From assembly GCF_009834535.1 (NCBI RefSeq), contig NC_045697.1:61940001-62004000 (forward strand): a stretch of DNA of 64,000 nt, in the 5' to 3' direction. The stretch's first letter is position 1. Each line of letters opens with the position of its first letter. A program made the position numbers and the translations under genes. Below, one piece after another: positions 24,001-37,900 of this stretch. Under the pieces are notes generated by a model. That model was given only the letters and a program-made list of their open reading frames with translations, searched no databases and was not told the origin of the DNA. Origin of the DNA: Camelus ferus. Lineage: Eukaryota.

Positions 24001-26214
24001 CTTAGATATATATAATATATAAATAATGTATATAATATAAACTAAATATATATATATATATTACAGTGAATAACAAAGACACTCCTATCAAATAGGAAAT
24101 TCTAAGGGTTCAGAAGCTCCCTCCCAAGAACCTGGGATGCATGAAAAAAACAAAAAGATAGCTCCCTTCCCTTAGATGCCAAAGCTTTGCTATTTCTGGA
24201 GTGGGAAGAATAGGAAAACCTGAACTGAGGTTCAGACCCAGGGAAGTGACAGTCAGGAGGAAACCATTACTGCCCATGGCTGCAAGCCCCAAGGCCATTT
24301 GCCCAAAAGCTTTTTACTTCCTTATTCCACTCTGGGAGCCAGACTCTACAAACTTCCAGCTGCCATACATTTGGACAAGAACTCAGAATAGCACAAACGA
24401 TGTGATTGAAGGACTGAAGATAAATATCTCAGGTTCACAACAAAAAGGTAAGGAAAACATCTATGAATATTTGAAAGATCATATATCAAAGGAGGAAGGA
24501 AATGAGAAACTGCTTACTGTTATCTGAGGAAAATTGTAAGCTAAAAAAAAAAATGAGTATCAAAAAGTATAACCTATTCGGAAGCATGGAGAATGTGTGG
24601 CAAACCCAGCCTAAAACAAGTTTTGCTCAATCCCTTCTGGAAGACGTGGGGACCTGTCAAACTGGTCAGCCAGCCCCAGGAAGCAGAACATTTCTTTTAA
24701 TTTCTCGTTGGGGTTTACAGTTTGTTCTATTACAATACAGATTCTTTTCTTGAAAACTTTATGACAATGAAACTGACACTGAGAATGGCTGTTTTTTACA
24801 CTGCGGAGTGAATGAGCCCTTTCCTAAGAGTTAACTTAAGCAGGCTTAGACTTAGCTAGGTAGGCATTTGGGCTATAGACCACGCCCCTACTCACATGCA
24901 GTACCATTAGCATCCTGTAGGGCCACTATGGGATGAGATGAGGGGAGAGGAATGGTTATACATGGAAGAGGAGAGAGGACGTTTTGATGAGGTGAGGGAA
25001 CTATAAAGGAAGACACAGAACATACACTGACCAGAGCTGGGCCACTGTCCATTAGGGTCCCTTGGACAGGTTTTGGGTTCACTGAGCACAAGTAGATCTC
25101 CTTCAGGGAACTGGAAGAGTATGGTTGAGATGAGGAGGCCCTTTGTCCAGCCTCCACTGGGATCCAGCTCAGTTCTGGTGCCTAAGAGACATCATTCTTC
25201 ATGTCAACACTGAATTCTCATGATGTCAGTGCAGCAATTAAGTCCCTCTCCAAAGGGTCTACAGGCAGCAGGTGTATAAAAGTGGCAGCCAGTACTGGAG
25301 AAGAAGAAGCTGATGGATAGAAGTTAATGCTAGTGACTTTAGGCAACTGACTACCATTCTGTGAAGACTCCCCAAAATAAGGAAGAAACATTTTGGATGA
25401 AGGAGATCTAAAGTCTTGTTATGTATCAGGCAGGATAATATTGAGCTAGTAGATACTGAGGCTACACATACCCAGACTAAGCTGTAAGCATTTTGGTGTA
25501 TTGTTAATTCCAATTGTTCATCATTGCACAAGCACAAAAACCTCTTCCTGGCAGAAGTTGCCTGCTGCTTTTCTGACTTGGTCTTGCCTGGGCCCCCTTG
25601 TTCGGTGCTCCAAGCTCTTCCAGAACCACACACATAAGCTGCTTACTGGTATCAGAACCTGTCTCCGTCTCTCCATCCTCAGTTATTCAGAGTTTACATT
25701 TTAACTGAACTTTGAACAGCAGCCTCATCAAATGCATTTCTCTAACTCTAGAGAGACTCATTCCTCACTTGCTACTGCAGATAGCTATGTAATAGACTGG
25801 GTTATCCTCCTGTGTGTATCTGTAAAATTCCTTCTAAGGGAAATCGACCTGTTACCCAGGGGATAGGTTTTGTCTTTTTGTATGATGCCTCTGTCTCCTG
25901 CTTAGTCTGTCTCACTCTGTTCTGCATGAATTTTATATTTTGTGCTGCAAAATCCAGTATGGACTATTGATAGGGGAAAAAAATTTCAAGATGCCTATTG
26001 TCTAAAAAAAAAAAAAAAGTTCCCTATTAGTTAGAAACAAGTGACATCCAGAGTCACACCATCATATGTTTCATAGCATAAAGCAGCCTGGGATTTACTG
26101 ATGAGCCAGTATTTGTATCTGACACTTACTCTGAATGGTCTTTTGCATTACAAAATACAAATTTTGAAATTCCACGTTTGACACTCTAGAAAAGTCTAAA
26201 AATGACAGAAGAGC

Positions 26215-26440
26215 CACCATTTATTAGGCAGCTACTATTTTCTAGAAGCATTATTAGTTTCATTGCCTGTTCACAATAATTGCAAACTAGGCATTACCCC
26301 ATTTTACAGAAGAGAAATTAGAAGCTCAGGTGTTTAAGAACTGACAGCCTCTTCAAGGCCAAACTGTAGATAGGCGTGCTGGGAATCTAACTTATAGTGC
26401 CTGGTTCCAAAGCTTCGTCTCATCCCCCACTACTGCATTG
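26215..26440 (-). mobile_element. MIR
   Basis: ccccattttacagaagagaaattagaagctcag core. Confidence 0.7.
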
Positions 26441-26539
26441 CCCAGGAAGAAAATGGTAGCATGCTACAATGGTACACATTCTAAAATCTCAGGGCCACCC
26501 TAAATTTGCAGGGAAAGCCATTTGTATTGAACAAATGAC

Positions 26540-26930
26540 TAAGAATTAAATATTAGCCTTTAAAATCTTTGCCAATTTGATCAAAAGGAATGGTGTCTGA
26601 TTTTGGCTCATAAGTCTTTGATTATTGGTAAAATTTGATGTTTTTTCATTCTTATTTGCCATTAATTTTCTTCTTATGTGAATGGACTATGCATGTCTTC
26701 TGTTCTTTTTTCTCTTGTAATCTGAAAGTTTTTCTTACTGATTTTTAAGGCCTCTTTATGCACTGAGGCTGTTAATCATTTAGCCATTACAGTAGTTATA
26801 AACATTTTATCCCAACATATCACTTTTCTTTAAATTTTGATTATGGTGATCACTTAGGTATGAAAGTTTCGAACACTTACACAGTTAAATCTAAATCTTT
26901 AAATTTAACTTTACAATGTTCCTTTATTTT
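26540..26930 (-). mobile_element. Ancient L1 (L1ME-like) fragment
   Basis: tttgccaatttgat...ttatttgccattaattttcttcttatgtgaat. Confidence 0.6.
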
Positions 26931-29119
26931 TGTACTAAATTTGCCCAAGAATGGTCAGGTCCAAGTGGGATTATGTTGTATTAACCAAAATTCCATAAAT
27001 AGATTGATACACTAAAATACCAACGTATTTATTTATGATGACGACTATACCCTAGTAGTAACCCAAATACCACATAGGCAATGTGGTAAGTACAAATCAC
27101 TTTGCCTCATTCTCCAATATCTTGGAGTCCATATTATACCCAGATCTGAGGTACTTAGTACTATTATTTCTTTATAACAGAGAAAGAGACTCAGAAATGA
27201 CTCAGTTCTTTAATAACACAACCAGAATGAGCATCCAAATCTCTTCTTCACTGTTTGATTTAAAAGAAAAAAATGTGAAATGTATGTTTTCATAAGAACA
27301 CAGTCCTTAATTGCACCAAGCATGAAAAAGCAACACAAACATTTTACTTTGCCAAACACATAGATCATTTAAAATGTTTTTAAAAATGAGGAAAACAGAT
27401 GTAAAATTGTCTAGAAAAATGGACAACTTCATGATTTGTTTGTCATCTTCTCCCTCCTCGCCTTGACATAATATATAGCATATCCCATGACAGCTCATAA
27501 AGTGCACCACTGTCACCAAATCACTAGCTTTTATGGAGACAGTAATGAACATAAGATACCTTAGTAGGAGTTATAAAAATGTAGACACTTCTAACATTAA
27601 AAAAACAAGTGGAAGTATTTTGTAAACCAAAAATATTCAAATGCCTTGAGAAATGGGAATGTTTGGAACCAAAACTACTGCATAAACATCTGCATTTTTA
27701 CCCATACACTATTTCTCTGGTATTTACAGCTATTCACCATTTTTAATGCTCTAGCTCTGACTTGTTTAAAAACAGTTTGCAAGTTCTTGTAAGTCCCAAT
27801 TGATTTTGAAGGGGATAAGTGTTGGGGGCACTGAAGAAATTTGTTCAGGCAAACAGACAAGATTGCCCGCAACCAGCAAACTGTCTGCCAGCTCCGTTCC
27901 TTTTACTCAGTGTTTCTAGGACTCTGCATGCCCTTGGACAGACAAGTTTTGCTCACGTAAAAGTGAAAATGATCTCTCCTCTTCTGCTTCCACATTTGAA
28001 GGATTAAGACATTTCAGTCTCCTCTGAGTTCCATAGAGTGAAAGCCCCTTGACATCTTAGATATTAATATGGCTAGCACTGATGTGACTTAAATGGCCTT
28101 TTTAAAATCTAATCTATAATACTATGATTATTTACTGTTCCATGACAGGTACCAGATCTGACTGAAAAAGAGTTTCTCCAAATATTAAGTATTTGGAACA
28201 GTCAGATAAAAATAAGAAGAATATATTAAAGGATTAAAGGCAAACAGAAAATGAAGATGAAGGCAGGCCTGAGAAAATTAGAGTAACAAGAAGTGAGATT
28301 TTGAAAAACAGTACTTGTGAGGATGAAATTAGCCAAATGTAGCTCTCATACAGCACATTGTCGGCAGGGTTTAAAACACACTGTCCTGCTTCACAGTATT
28401 AAGTGTTGCCCAAATGTTTCTCATCCTGGGTGCTGCTAGTTAGCACTTTTATCTCTATGCTACTTGCCAGTTTTCTTTGTTGCTGTCCAAGACAGCCATG
28501 TAAAATGTGTGTGCATCCTCCTCCTAATGAAAACATTAGGGCAGGTAATGTGGACCATGTTCCACAGCAAAAAATCCAAACAAGTGGCACTTATATTTCA
28601 ATTCCTTGCTCCCTGTTCACCAGTGATGGAAACATCTTCAAAAGGTACTTATTTCCAAAAGCCTCTTTCCTTCTCTTTCAAAAGGAAATTTATTTTCAAA
28701 TTCTTCTAAAGGCTTTACAGAAAACCCTGAGACTTCATCAGTTAAAGAGTCCATTCAGCCCTCATGGCAGCCATCAACAGTTCCTGGACTTGAGACACAA
28801 GGCTCTTACTCTGCCACTCTGAGATCAGCAGGGAAATAGCAGGCATATTGTCAGATAGAATATTACACCATTTTGGCCCCCAAAAGAGATGTTAAGAGCT
28901 GTTCAGCTGTGGCATGCTGCTCAAGAAAGAAGACAGTCAGCTTTAGTAACACACTACCAAAAATGCAAAGAAACTTATTTTTTCTTTTCAACAAAGAAGA
29001 CCAAAGTAGAGACCATTACCACTATCTATTCAAAGACATTACACTCTCCCTGAAAATCAAAACTTCCCCAATAACCTGCTTACTAAATACCTACAGAGCT
29101 CACCTATACTTTATGCCAG

Positions 29120-29300
29120 TGACTCTAAAAATATGGGCTGTAGACCAGCAGCAGCAGCATCTGGGAACTTTTCAGAAATGTAGATTTACAGTTCCCACCT
29201 GAAACCAACCGGATTAGAAATCCTGGGGGTGGGGCCCAAAAGTCCAACAAGTCCTCCATGTGGTTCTGATACACACTGAAGACTGAGAACCACTACCATA
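29120..29300. mobile_element. MER5A-like hAT-Charlie element
   Basis: accagcagcagcagcatctgggaacttttcagaaatgtaga...tgagaaccact. Confidence 0.8.
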
Positions 29301-29569
29301 TGCAATGCAATTTTTAACCCTCATCTGGACACAGAAAATATTATTGTAATTTAGGGATAGTGCACCTGGCCAGAGCAAATAATATCAACTCTGCTATTAT
29401 TTCTTTTCAGCAATGTTGTCACAAAATCCTTTGAGAATCTTGACAAGAAACCTTTGAGAATCTAGAGAGAAAATGCAAAAATTCCTAAAGGCAAATTTTG
29501 CATTCAGTTTTAGGAGGTTCCTGAACACACATGAAGCCTGTCCGTGTACCCCAGCACAGGAGCATCTGC

Positions 29570-29770
29570 TTTATCTTTCTCCAACCATTTTCATCTGCTC
29601 TTCACAGTAATCTGTGAAATCAACAGGACAGGTATTATTATAATTTATAGCAGAGGACTTTGACACTTGAAACCTAAGCGTCTTGCCCCAAATCTCAGAG
29701 TTGGTAACAAACAGAGGGAGCTCATATCTGGGGCTCTGCTTCATTCGCAAACTCTTTGCTTTACATTTCA
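29570..29770 (-). mobile_element. MIR
   Basis: tcttcacagtaatctgtgaaat...cttgccccaaatctcagagttggtaa. Confidence 0.6.
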
Positions 29771-30666
29771 CTCCTCTCCCTGCTCCCTCCCATTTAGAAT
29801 GTTGTAAATAATAATAATAGAAATATCAGTGATTGATCTGCTTTGCTGTTACAAAACAGATACGTTCTGCAATTTAGTAGTAAAAGTGTATTACTTCTAC
29901 TGAAACACAGAAGCTGGGAAGAAAACCTCCAAATACTCTTTGGAAAATGGTTGGGAAACCTGGAAGAGGTCATTCAATGCACAGTTGTCCATGAAGTCTC
30001 GTAACAACTCTAGATAAACCAGTCAATATAGTCAAATCCAGTTAATTGAAAAGTAATTGGTTATAAGGGTTCTTGATGACTGGAAGGCTCAGTTTTCCAC
30101 TTCTCAATTTGTTACTTTGGCCCAGTATACATCTACTTTTAGTACTGAGTATTTTCAATTCAATTTTACAAACATTTATTCAGCAGCTACTGTGTACAAG
30201 GCACTGTAGAAGCCAGAGGTAGATGTACAGAGATATAAGGTATTGTCCCTGCTCTCAGGAAACTTACAAAAAGGTAATGAACTGTAAAAGTGAAGACAGA
30301 TGCCACCTGACCAGGAGGATGTTGATGCATTATCGGTATGGCAGCAAGAATCCAGAAAGCACCTAAATTCTTGCCCATGCATTCCTGATTGTAATCAAAT
30401 ATTGCATGTGCCTTCTCTCTTGGACCTCCCAATTTGCTGTATCCACAGAAGCTTCTGGATCAAAGGCAAAGCTGCCCCAGCTATTGTAGTTTCTTGATTC
30501 TGGAGCTGTAGTTGTGTCTCTATCTTTACTCACATGACTTTTTGTAACAGATCCCTGATTTCTACAATCTGATTAGCTCCCTGAGCTGAATGTGTGCTAG
30601 CTGTATGTGTGCTTATCACAGGCCATCCATCCCCTATCACCTAGTCAGGTACATCATGCAATTGTG

Positions 30667-30798
<132 letters not shown>

Positions 30799-30799
30799 C

Positions 30800-32260
30800 A
30801 GCAGCACCAATTTTTCTACTCAAAAAAGTTTAAATATTCTGTCTCCTCTCATTCTCTCTTGAATCTGTTCCAATTAGGATTTAAATCCTAATACGCACTG
30901 CAGCCAAAGCTATCAACCACTGGGATGTAAAACCCAGTGGTCATTTTCCAATCCTTATCTTATTCAACACATCTTCTTCCTGAAACACTTTTTGTGCTTA
31001 TCTTCCAAGTCACTGCCTCTCAAGTCTTCTGCTACTTTACTGGTTGTTATTTCTCAGTCTCCTTTGTTCCTTCTCATCCTCCCAACATCCAAACACTGGC
31101 AAATCCCAGGATTCAGTCCTTGAACTTCTCTATTGCTGTTCACTTCCTGGGTGATCTCATTTAGTTCCATATCTCTAAATACTGTATATATTGATGTCTC
31201 CAAATTTGTATCTCTACACCATCGTTTACCTCTGAACTCTAGATCATTTACTCAGCTTCTTACTGGTGTCTCCATTTGGATACATAATAAGTTTCTCAAG
31301 CTTAACATATTCAAAATTGAACTACTGATTTTTATTCAACACCACCACCAAAAGTACTCCTCCCATTGTTCTCCTTCTCAAAAAAATGTTAATTTCATCC
31401 TTCCAGTTGCTCAGGCTAAAAACCTTAGTGTCATCCTTGACTCCTCATCCTCTCTCATGTACTACTACTAATTTATCAGCAAATCATCTCATCTGCACCT
31501 TGAAAATTTATCGGAGTTCCAACAACTTATCTCTTCCACTGCTACCATATTGTTAAAGCTATCTGGATTATTAAAACATTTTTGTAAAATTGTCACATTT
31601 ATTTCAATAGTCTCCTAACTTGTCTCCATCCTTCCATTCTTGGTTACCTACTGTCTATTCCCAAACCACTGCCAAAGTAGTCTTTTTAAATACGTCAGAG
31701 TATGTCACTACTTTGCTTAAATCTTTCTGATGTCTTCCAATCTCACTCAGAAGAAAAGCCAAAAATCTTGTAATAGCCTACATGACCAATATGATGGAAT
31801 CTAGCTATCTTTTTGATATTATCTCTTCAAGCTCTTCTCAGGCTCACTGTGCTCCAGAAACACTGGCTTCCTTGCTCTTCTTTAAGCACTGAAGCACATT
31901 TCCACCTCAGAGTCTTAGCACATGCTGTTCCCTTTGCATGGAATGCTCCTCAGATGTCTGCATCATTTGCTCCTTCACCCTCTTTGGGTCTTTTTCCAAA
32001 TGTCATCACCGATAGTGTTCACCCTGACCAATGTATAAATAAAAAAGTTCCTTACACAGAAACTCACACTCTCTCCACTTACTCTTTTCTATTCTTCATC
32101 ACCGCCCTAATCTCTACTGACATAATTTATATTTATTCCTACTATTCCCACTAAAATGTTACTGTGACCACCAGAACTTTTTAATTTATTTTTAAATCCA
32201 TGGTTTAAAACAGTAACATAGCCATGAGTAGATATTCAATTAGTATTTGTTGTATGAATT
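30800..32260 (+). mobile_element. Long L2 3' fragment
   Basis: tccttccagttgctcaggctaaaaaccttagtgtcatccttgactcctc, ccacctcagagtcttagcacatgctgttccctttgcatggaatgctc, L2 terminus near 32250. Confidence 0.88.
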
Positions 32261-32959
32261 AGTAAATATTATTATATTCAACTACTTATTGTCTATTCAC
32301 TCAGCTCTGACCCAGTGTTTTAAGTGTGAATCAGTTCTCCAGTTCAGACCATTTTTAAAGTGGATGTCACAAGAAACTACACCATGTTCCCATTTGTCTA
32401 TCATTAATATTGTTGGTTCTGACAGTAATAGTGATGTGTAATTACAATGTTGATGAAAATAATAATGATATTAATGGTAATATTTATTTGACAGCAATGA
32501 AAATCTAAAACTTAAACATTATCTCTAATTTTCATGCAACTCTGCAAGTTGTATATCATCATCCCAGTTTGTCAGATAAGGAAATTGGAGCTCAGAAATG
32601 TTAGTTAACCTATGTAGTGACTGTCAGTGCTGGGACTAGCCTTCAGCTACCTTAGGCTCCAATGTCTGCGCTTTTTAAAATTCCTATCCTTATCATTCAC
32701 TATTTGCCTATCCAGCAACTTTGATTCTTTATTGCTTCCCATAAAGAAAATGAAATATAAACCAAATATAACATAATGACTTCATCTAAATAATACTATT
32801 GCTCATAATTGGCAATGTCTAAGAGGAAGATCACTTACAGAATGTCCAAGGTAGAAAGTTTAGAGTTAATTTAGTCCAACTTCTTTATCTAGTTCAATTT
32901 CTATACTTTAAAGAAAGGTTAATTTGCCTCAAGTTGGCTTGCTGAAGTGGGAGGTGTTG

Positions 32960-33130
32960 AGTGACATGGTTAAAGACAGCATCTTGGAAGTCAGATAACC
33001 TGGTTCAAAGCCAGGTTTTACCTCTTGTGTGTGACCTGGGACAACATTCTTAACCTTTCTAGTCCTTAGTTTCCTCACTTTAGAATGGGGATAATACTTT
33101 CTTTACAGAGTTGTTTTGCAAATTACTCTT
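32960..33130 (+). mobile_element. MIR
   Basis: gtgtgacctgggacaacattcttaacctttctagtccttagtttcctcactttagaatgggg. Confidence 0.75.
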
Positions 33131-34749
33131 TCTCTCTCTATATATATATATATCTTTATGACTATATGTATATATAAAACCTAGCACAATAAACTACAGC
33201 TATTATTATGTAGTAATGTCATTGTAAGAGCTAAGTCTTCTAACACTCAGCCAAGTATATCTTATAAATCATTATTTTCCTCAAACAGAACAAAATATGA
33301 ATCTCCACAGGAAGATACCTACTGTTGACTCAGTGTTCAATCTCAAAATCTAATTTTTCAATCTTCTTCAAGATTCTAGCTTAAAACTGTGAACTCAAAT
33401 GATAATAATAATGGGAATATTTTTGCTGCTTTCTAAGAAGGAAATGAGAGAATAAAAGGAAGAGAAAATAGAGCCTGCTAAGATGATGGAATGAACATTC
33501 TTGAACACATGAACGTTTATGCACTAAACTCCTAAGTAGTTGAAATGTATATTTGAAAATATGAATATATATTTTTCAGGACTTAACAAATTCTTCTAGT
33601 AACAATAGAAATTGTGCTCAGAAGGAAAGGAAAAAATTACTTTGGTTATGTCTGTTAATATGCTTTAGGGTTGAGTATAAAATTTCCTCTCACATAGTAA
33701 ACACAGTTCCTCATGAAATTTATAGGACAGGAAGTTTAAAAAGAAAATGACACTTGAAAAATAATCAAAGAAACTAAGTAAATCCATCCATGCCCTGCTT
33801 AAAAACTTTGCATGGCTTCCACCATCCTAAGAAGAAAGCTCACACGCACTGGCATGGCACCAATGCCCCTCCAGATCCGGCCTCCCTACGGGTTGCTCAA
33901 TCTCCATCTTTTGTCCCTCTACTCCTTTATTCTCTAAGTACCAATCTCCAGGCCTTCGTGTCTGCTATTCCCTCTGCCTGGGACATGTCCTCATAGAAAA
34001 GCTTCCTTGAAGAAAACAAAAATGAAGATGCCACTGCCTCAGGCTGTGGCAGAAGCAGGATGAGCTTTTTGAGGGGAAGGGATTGTTCTGATAAGTGGAA
34101 ACTGTACTAACAATTTGGGACAAGAAAACCTGCATTTGACAACTGAAACATTTAGCAAATTATAGCACGTAAAGTTAATTAAAAATACACAAAGGTAGGA
34201 ATTGATTACCAATATGCAAATTATGGGGTAATTCAAAGAAGGACTGCACTCTTTTTTAAATTACATTACTCATCAACCAGATTATAGAAGCATGTGGTTT
34301 GCATATAAGTTATGTCAAGAACTTCATTCTGTAGCCTTCTTCCTCATTAGACATGAGGAAATAAAGAACTGCATTGAAGCTGCCATTTTGCACTCTAACT
34401 ATGACATATTAAAAAGTATCTGGAATGAACCAGACCACAAGATTAATGTGAGACTTGTGACATGTGGGGTACAACTTGAATGTTTGTAAACTATAGAAAT
34501 GACTGTCCTAGTTCCTTTATAAATGGGTTTTGACCAAATGTTAATGTACAGCCTAGTTACTAAGTAATAAATTTTTGAAACAGTACAATTCTTTTTGAAT
34601 CACTACATGTCACTCATTCTTGCATGCACACCACACACACATACACACACTGACTAAAATGAGGTAATGCAAAAACAGTATTTTTGAAGTAGCAGTATTT
34701 TAGGTTTTATTTAAATTCCCTAGTTTTCTTTGTAAAGTAAAATTATCTT

Positions 34750-35270
34750 TGTAATATGAGCCATGGACCTAAGTCCTGCCACAAACTGCCTATATAATTT
34801 GGGGCAAGTCATTTAAGCTTTCTTAGCTTCATTTAGAAAATTGAGATCATAATTCCGATCTCACAAGATTGATATGAAGACTAAATGATACATTTTATTT
34901 GAAAGTGCAATGTAAACTCTAAAGTATGATACAAAAATAAATTATTATAATGGTATTAATATGCAAGTATTCTCTTCTCAAATGCCCCCTCCCTAGAGAT
35001 AGGCCTTCCCTGATGTCCCTATCTGACATGGCACAATTTCGACCAAAACAAACAAATCACCCTGATATCCTTTTCAGTTTTGTTTTCCTCACAGCATTTC
35101 TCACTCCTGCAATTGTCATTTATAATTGGTTTAGATGTTTATTGCTTCCCACTAGAATATAAGCTTCATGAGACTAGAAGCTGTGTCTGTTAACTGCCAA
35201 TCACCAGCTCCTAAGAAAGTAGCCAGCTCAAAATGGGTACTCAGTAAATATCTATGGAAGGAAGAAAAGG
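34750..35270 (+). mobile_element. MIR followed by an L2 3' end
   Basis: ttggggcaagtcatttaagc; ccactagaatataagcttcatgagactag...tactcagtaaatatctatggaagga. Confidence 0.7.
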
Positions 35271-37699
35271 AGGAAGCAAGGGAGGGTAGTGTCTATGCAA
35301 ATGTAATTCCCTTGTCTCTTCAAGAAGAGGTCAATACAATCACCAAAAAAGAGCCAAAGTATAGAGGGTAAACCAGCAAGAAATCAATTGGGCAGCTCTT
35401 AGCTTACCCCCCAGCCCTCAGAATTCAGTACTGAATCTAAGAGAAAACCATATAGTTTATTTAAGGGAAATAATTTTTAGTGCTACCTCCTATAGCACAA
35501 ATCTATTCTCATATCAAAATAAGGTATACTGTAAACTCTACTCTTAAGATGCTGCTTTGTACAACTGTCTTATCTTGATATTCTTTTCTATTGGTCTAAG
35601 TGTTTGTGTTTGCTCATTCCTCTCTAGCAGATTTCAAAATCCAAATCACTGCAGTAATTCATTTTTTATTGTTCTCTTGCTCAGCTTCAACACATGTACA
35701 GTAGTAGTGTTCACTCTTCAGGGGGATAATGGCATTTTTGGAGATTTTACTGTAGTCATTACTCTTGCTTCTTTATTAAGAGACTTGACTTTAGTCTTCT
35801 GCTTTAGCTATGTGGTTTATCTTATGAATATTAATATACAACCCAAAGGGATCTAGCCAGTGAATATGAATTAGAGAGGGATGTTTTATATTGAAGAAAG
35901 AGAAAGCCATTTTCTGGTATGCACATCTTTCTGGGGTGTACAAGTTCTAATTTAATCAGCATGTAGTCATCATGTATGCCACTAGCGCTCCAGGCCACGA
36001 AGTAATTGAAATGATTCAAGCTTGTTTAATAAAGTAATTTCAATTATAGCAGGACTTGAATCAGAAAATGTCAGCTGCACAAAGTTTATGCAGCCTAGAA
36101 TCAGCAATAGGGCACCAAATGCTCATAGAGAAAGTGCCATTGTGGAAATAAGCTGTACTTCTTTAGGCTGTGAAATACCTCTGTTCACATGAGACCAGTT
36201 TCTTACTTAAGTGGTCTGTTAGTTGAGGAAGCCATATTTAATCTTGTCCTAAAAACAGAGTAAAGAAATTTAAGTATAGCCAAGAACTTAGAACTGAAAG
36301 AGTCAGAAAGTCCATCCTATATCCTCTAAACATAACTGGAGCTGACACTTCACCACAGTCTGTACCGCTCCCTAATGCCTCAAGCCAACTCATCATTTAT
36401 ATCTGGAGCCACTCATGACAGAAGACTGCTCTACATTCTCTCCTTCAAAATATTAGAAAGGGGATTCCACAACCTTTCATTGTAAAATGTAACAGCATAA
36501 AATACATATTTAAAGTCATTTTTCCATCACCAAATAATACAAAGATATTACAGAAGCTCATAATATGGTGCTTTCAGTATTTCATAAGTGATAAACTCCA
36601 ACATGCTTCATGTTTTCCATTCTCTTTCTTCTACTTCCTCTTTTGCATAATATGCTTTATCCTTCTAAGCCAGTACTGCAAGCATATTTTACCCACTTAG
36701 AGGGCTGAGTAGTTCCACTACCCTAAAGAGCTTTAATTCCTGAATTATGATTCTATTGCTGTCCCTCTTTTGTTTACCCTGTTCTTTGATTAGGGGACTT
36801 CTTTGTTTATAGAAATGGTTTGCTTTTTACTTATTACCATCCCAGTTTCTAGTGCTGCTCCTTACCCACAACTGTTGAGTAGACAGACAGTTGGACTATC
36901 TGTTTGCAATTCACCACTATATAACCTAGAAGGGCTTATTAAATTCTTTTTACTTAGGTTTATCTGTTCTCCAAACAGTTCTCTCTCACCTTGATCACAT
37001 TGGGTGTAGGCTAATTTTTTAATTTAGCAATGATCTATTTTTAATATGAAGCCACAGTTGCCTCCAAAGGTAATAGGACCTTTTCTGGGTTCATCAACAC
37101 TGCCACTGCGGAATCTCCTTCCGGTCTAGTTCTAGGAATCAAAACTCATGGACATTAGAGGTTTGCTATTATGCTAAATGAAGATAATTAACAACTGCTC
37201 TAAAAATACACCTTCCTAAGTTTCCTCCCACTAGAGACATCTACTCATCAACTACAGCTATCTTACAGCTTAGACAACCCAACTTTAGTTGAGACAGTGA
37301 GGACATGCAGTGAGATAATAATTGTCCAATATATTGTTTAAATTATGTGTGGTCACCCAGAATAGTCATTTAACATCTTACCAGAGTTGGTAGGAGAATT
37401 AAATATAATCAGACTATATTTTTGACAAAGACTAAACATTCCCTGAACTTGAGTATCAGGATTCTCGAGTGAAATTTCTTCTTATGAACTGAAGTTATTT
37501 GATTTTTCCTATAGAAACATTTCCAAATATATACTGGAAGCCAACGGGATTACATAAGTTAATATATAAATATTTACTCTCCGCACAACTTTTAGTTTAA
37601 CCTTTCTTTAAAAATCCTACTTCCTATCTCCTCATTGATCTGTTCTGAACCCTAGCTAAGTAATACACTCAGTTCAAAACTGCAAAGAATAAAAAGTTC

Positions 37700-37900
37700 C
37701 TGGTTTATATAGCACTTTCCCTTTATAATCCTCAAAGGAGTGTGTAGATGCAAGATCATTATGAGTCCAACTTTACAAATGGGGAACTGGAGGCTCAGAG
37801 AGGGTAAACAGCATTACCAAGGTCAGGCAGTAGTTGAGTTTCAAAGTACGCAGTCTTCCTAAATTTTAATTTGCCTCACTTACCCAGAAGACCATGCTAC
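37700..37900 (-). mobile_element. MIR
   Basis: tttacaaatggggaactggaggctcagagagggtaaa. Confidence 0.75.

Noticed and set aside
24201..24453. 108-aa ORF with donor-like AAG|GTAAGG at 24447
   Set aside because: No convincing acceptor or protein similarity; an isolated donor motif is expected by chance.
24875..25290. GC box (ccacgcccc) and TATAAAAG at 25275
   Set aside because: About 400 bp apart, with no CpG island or downstream ORF/exon support.
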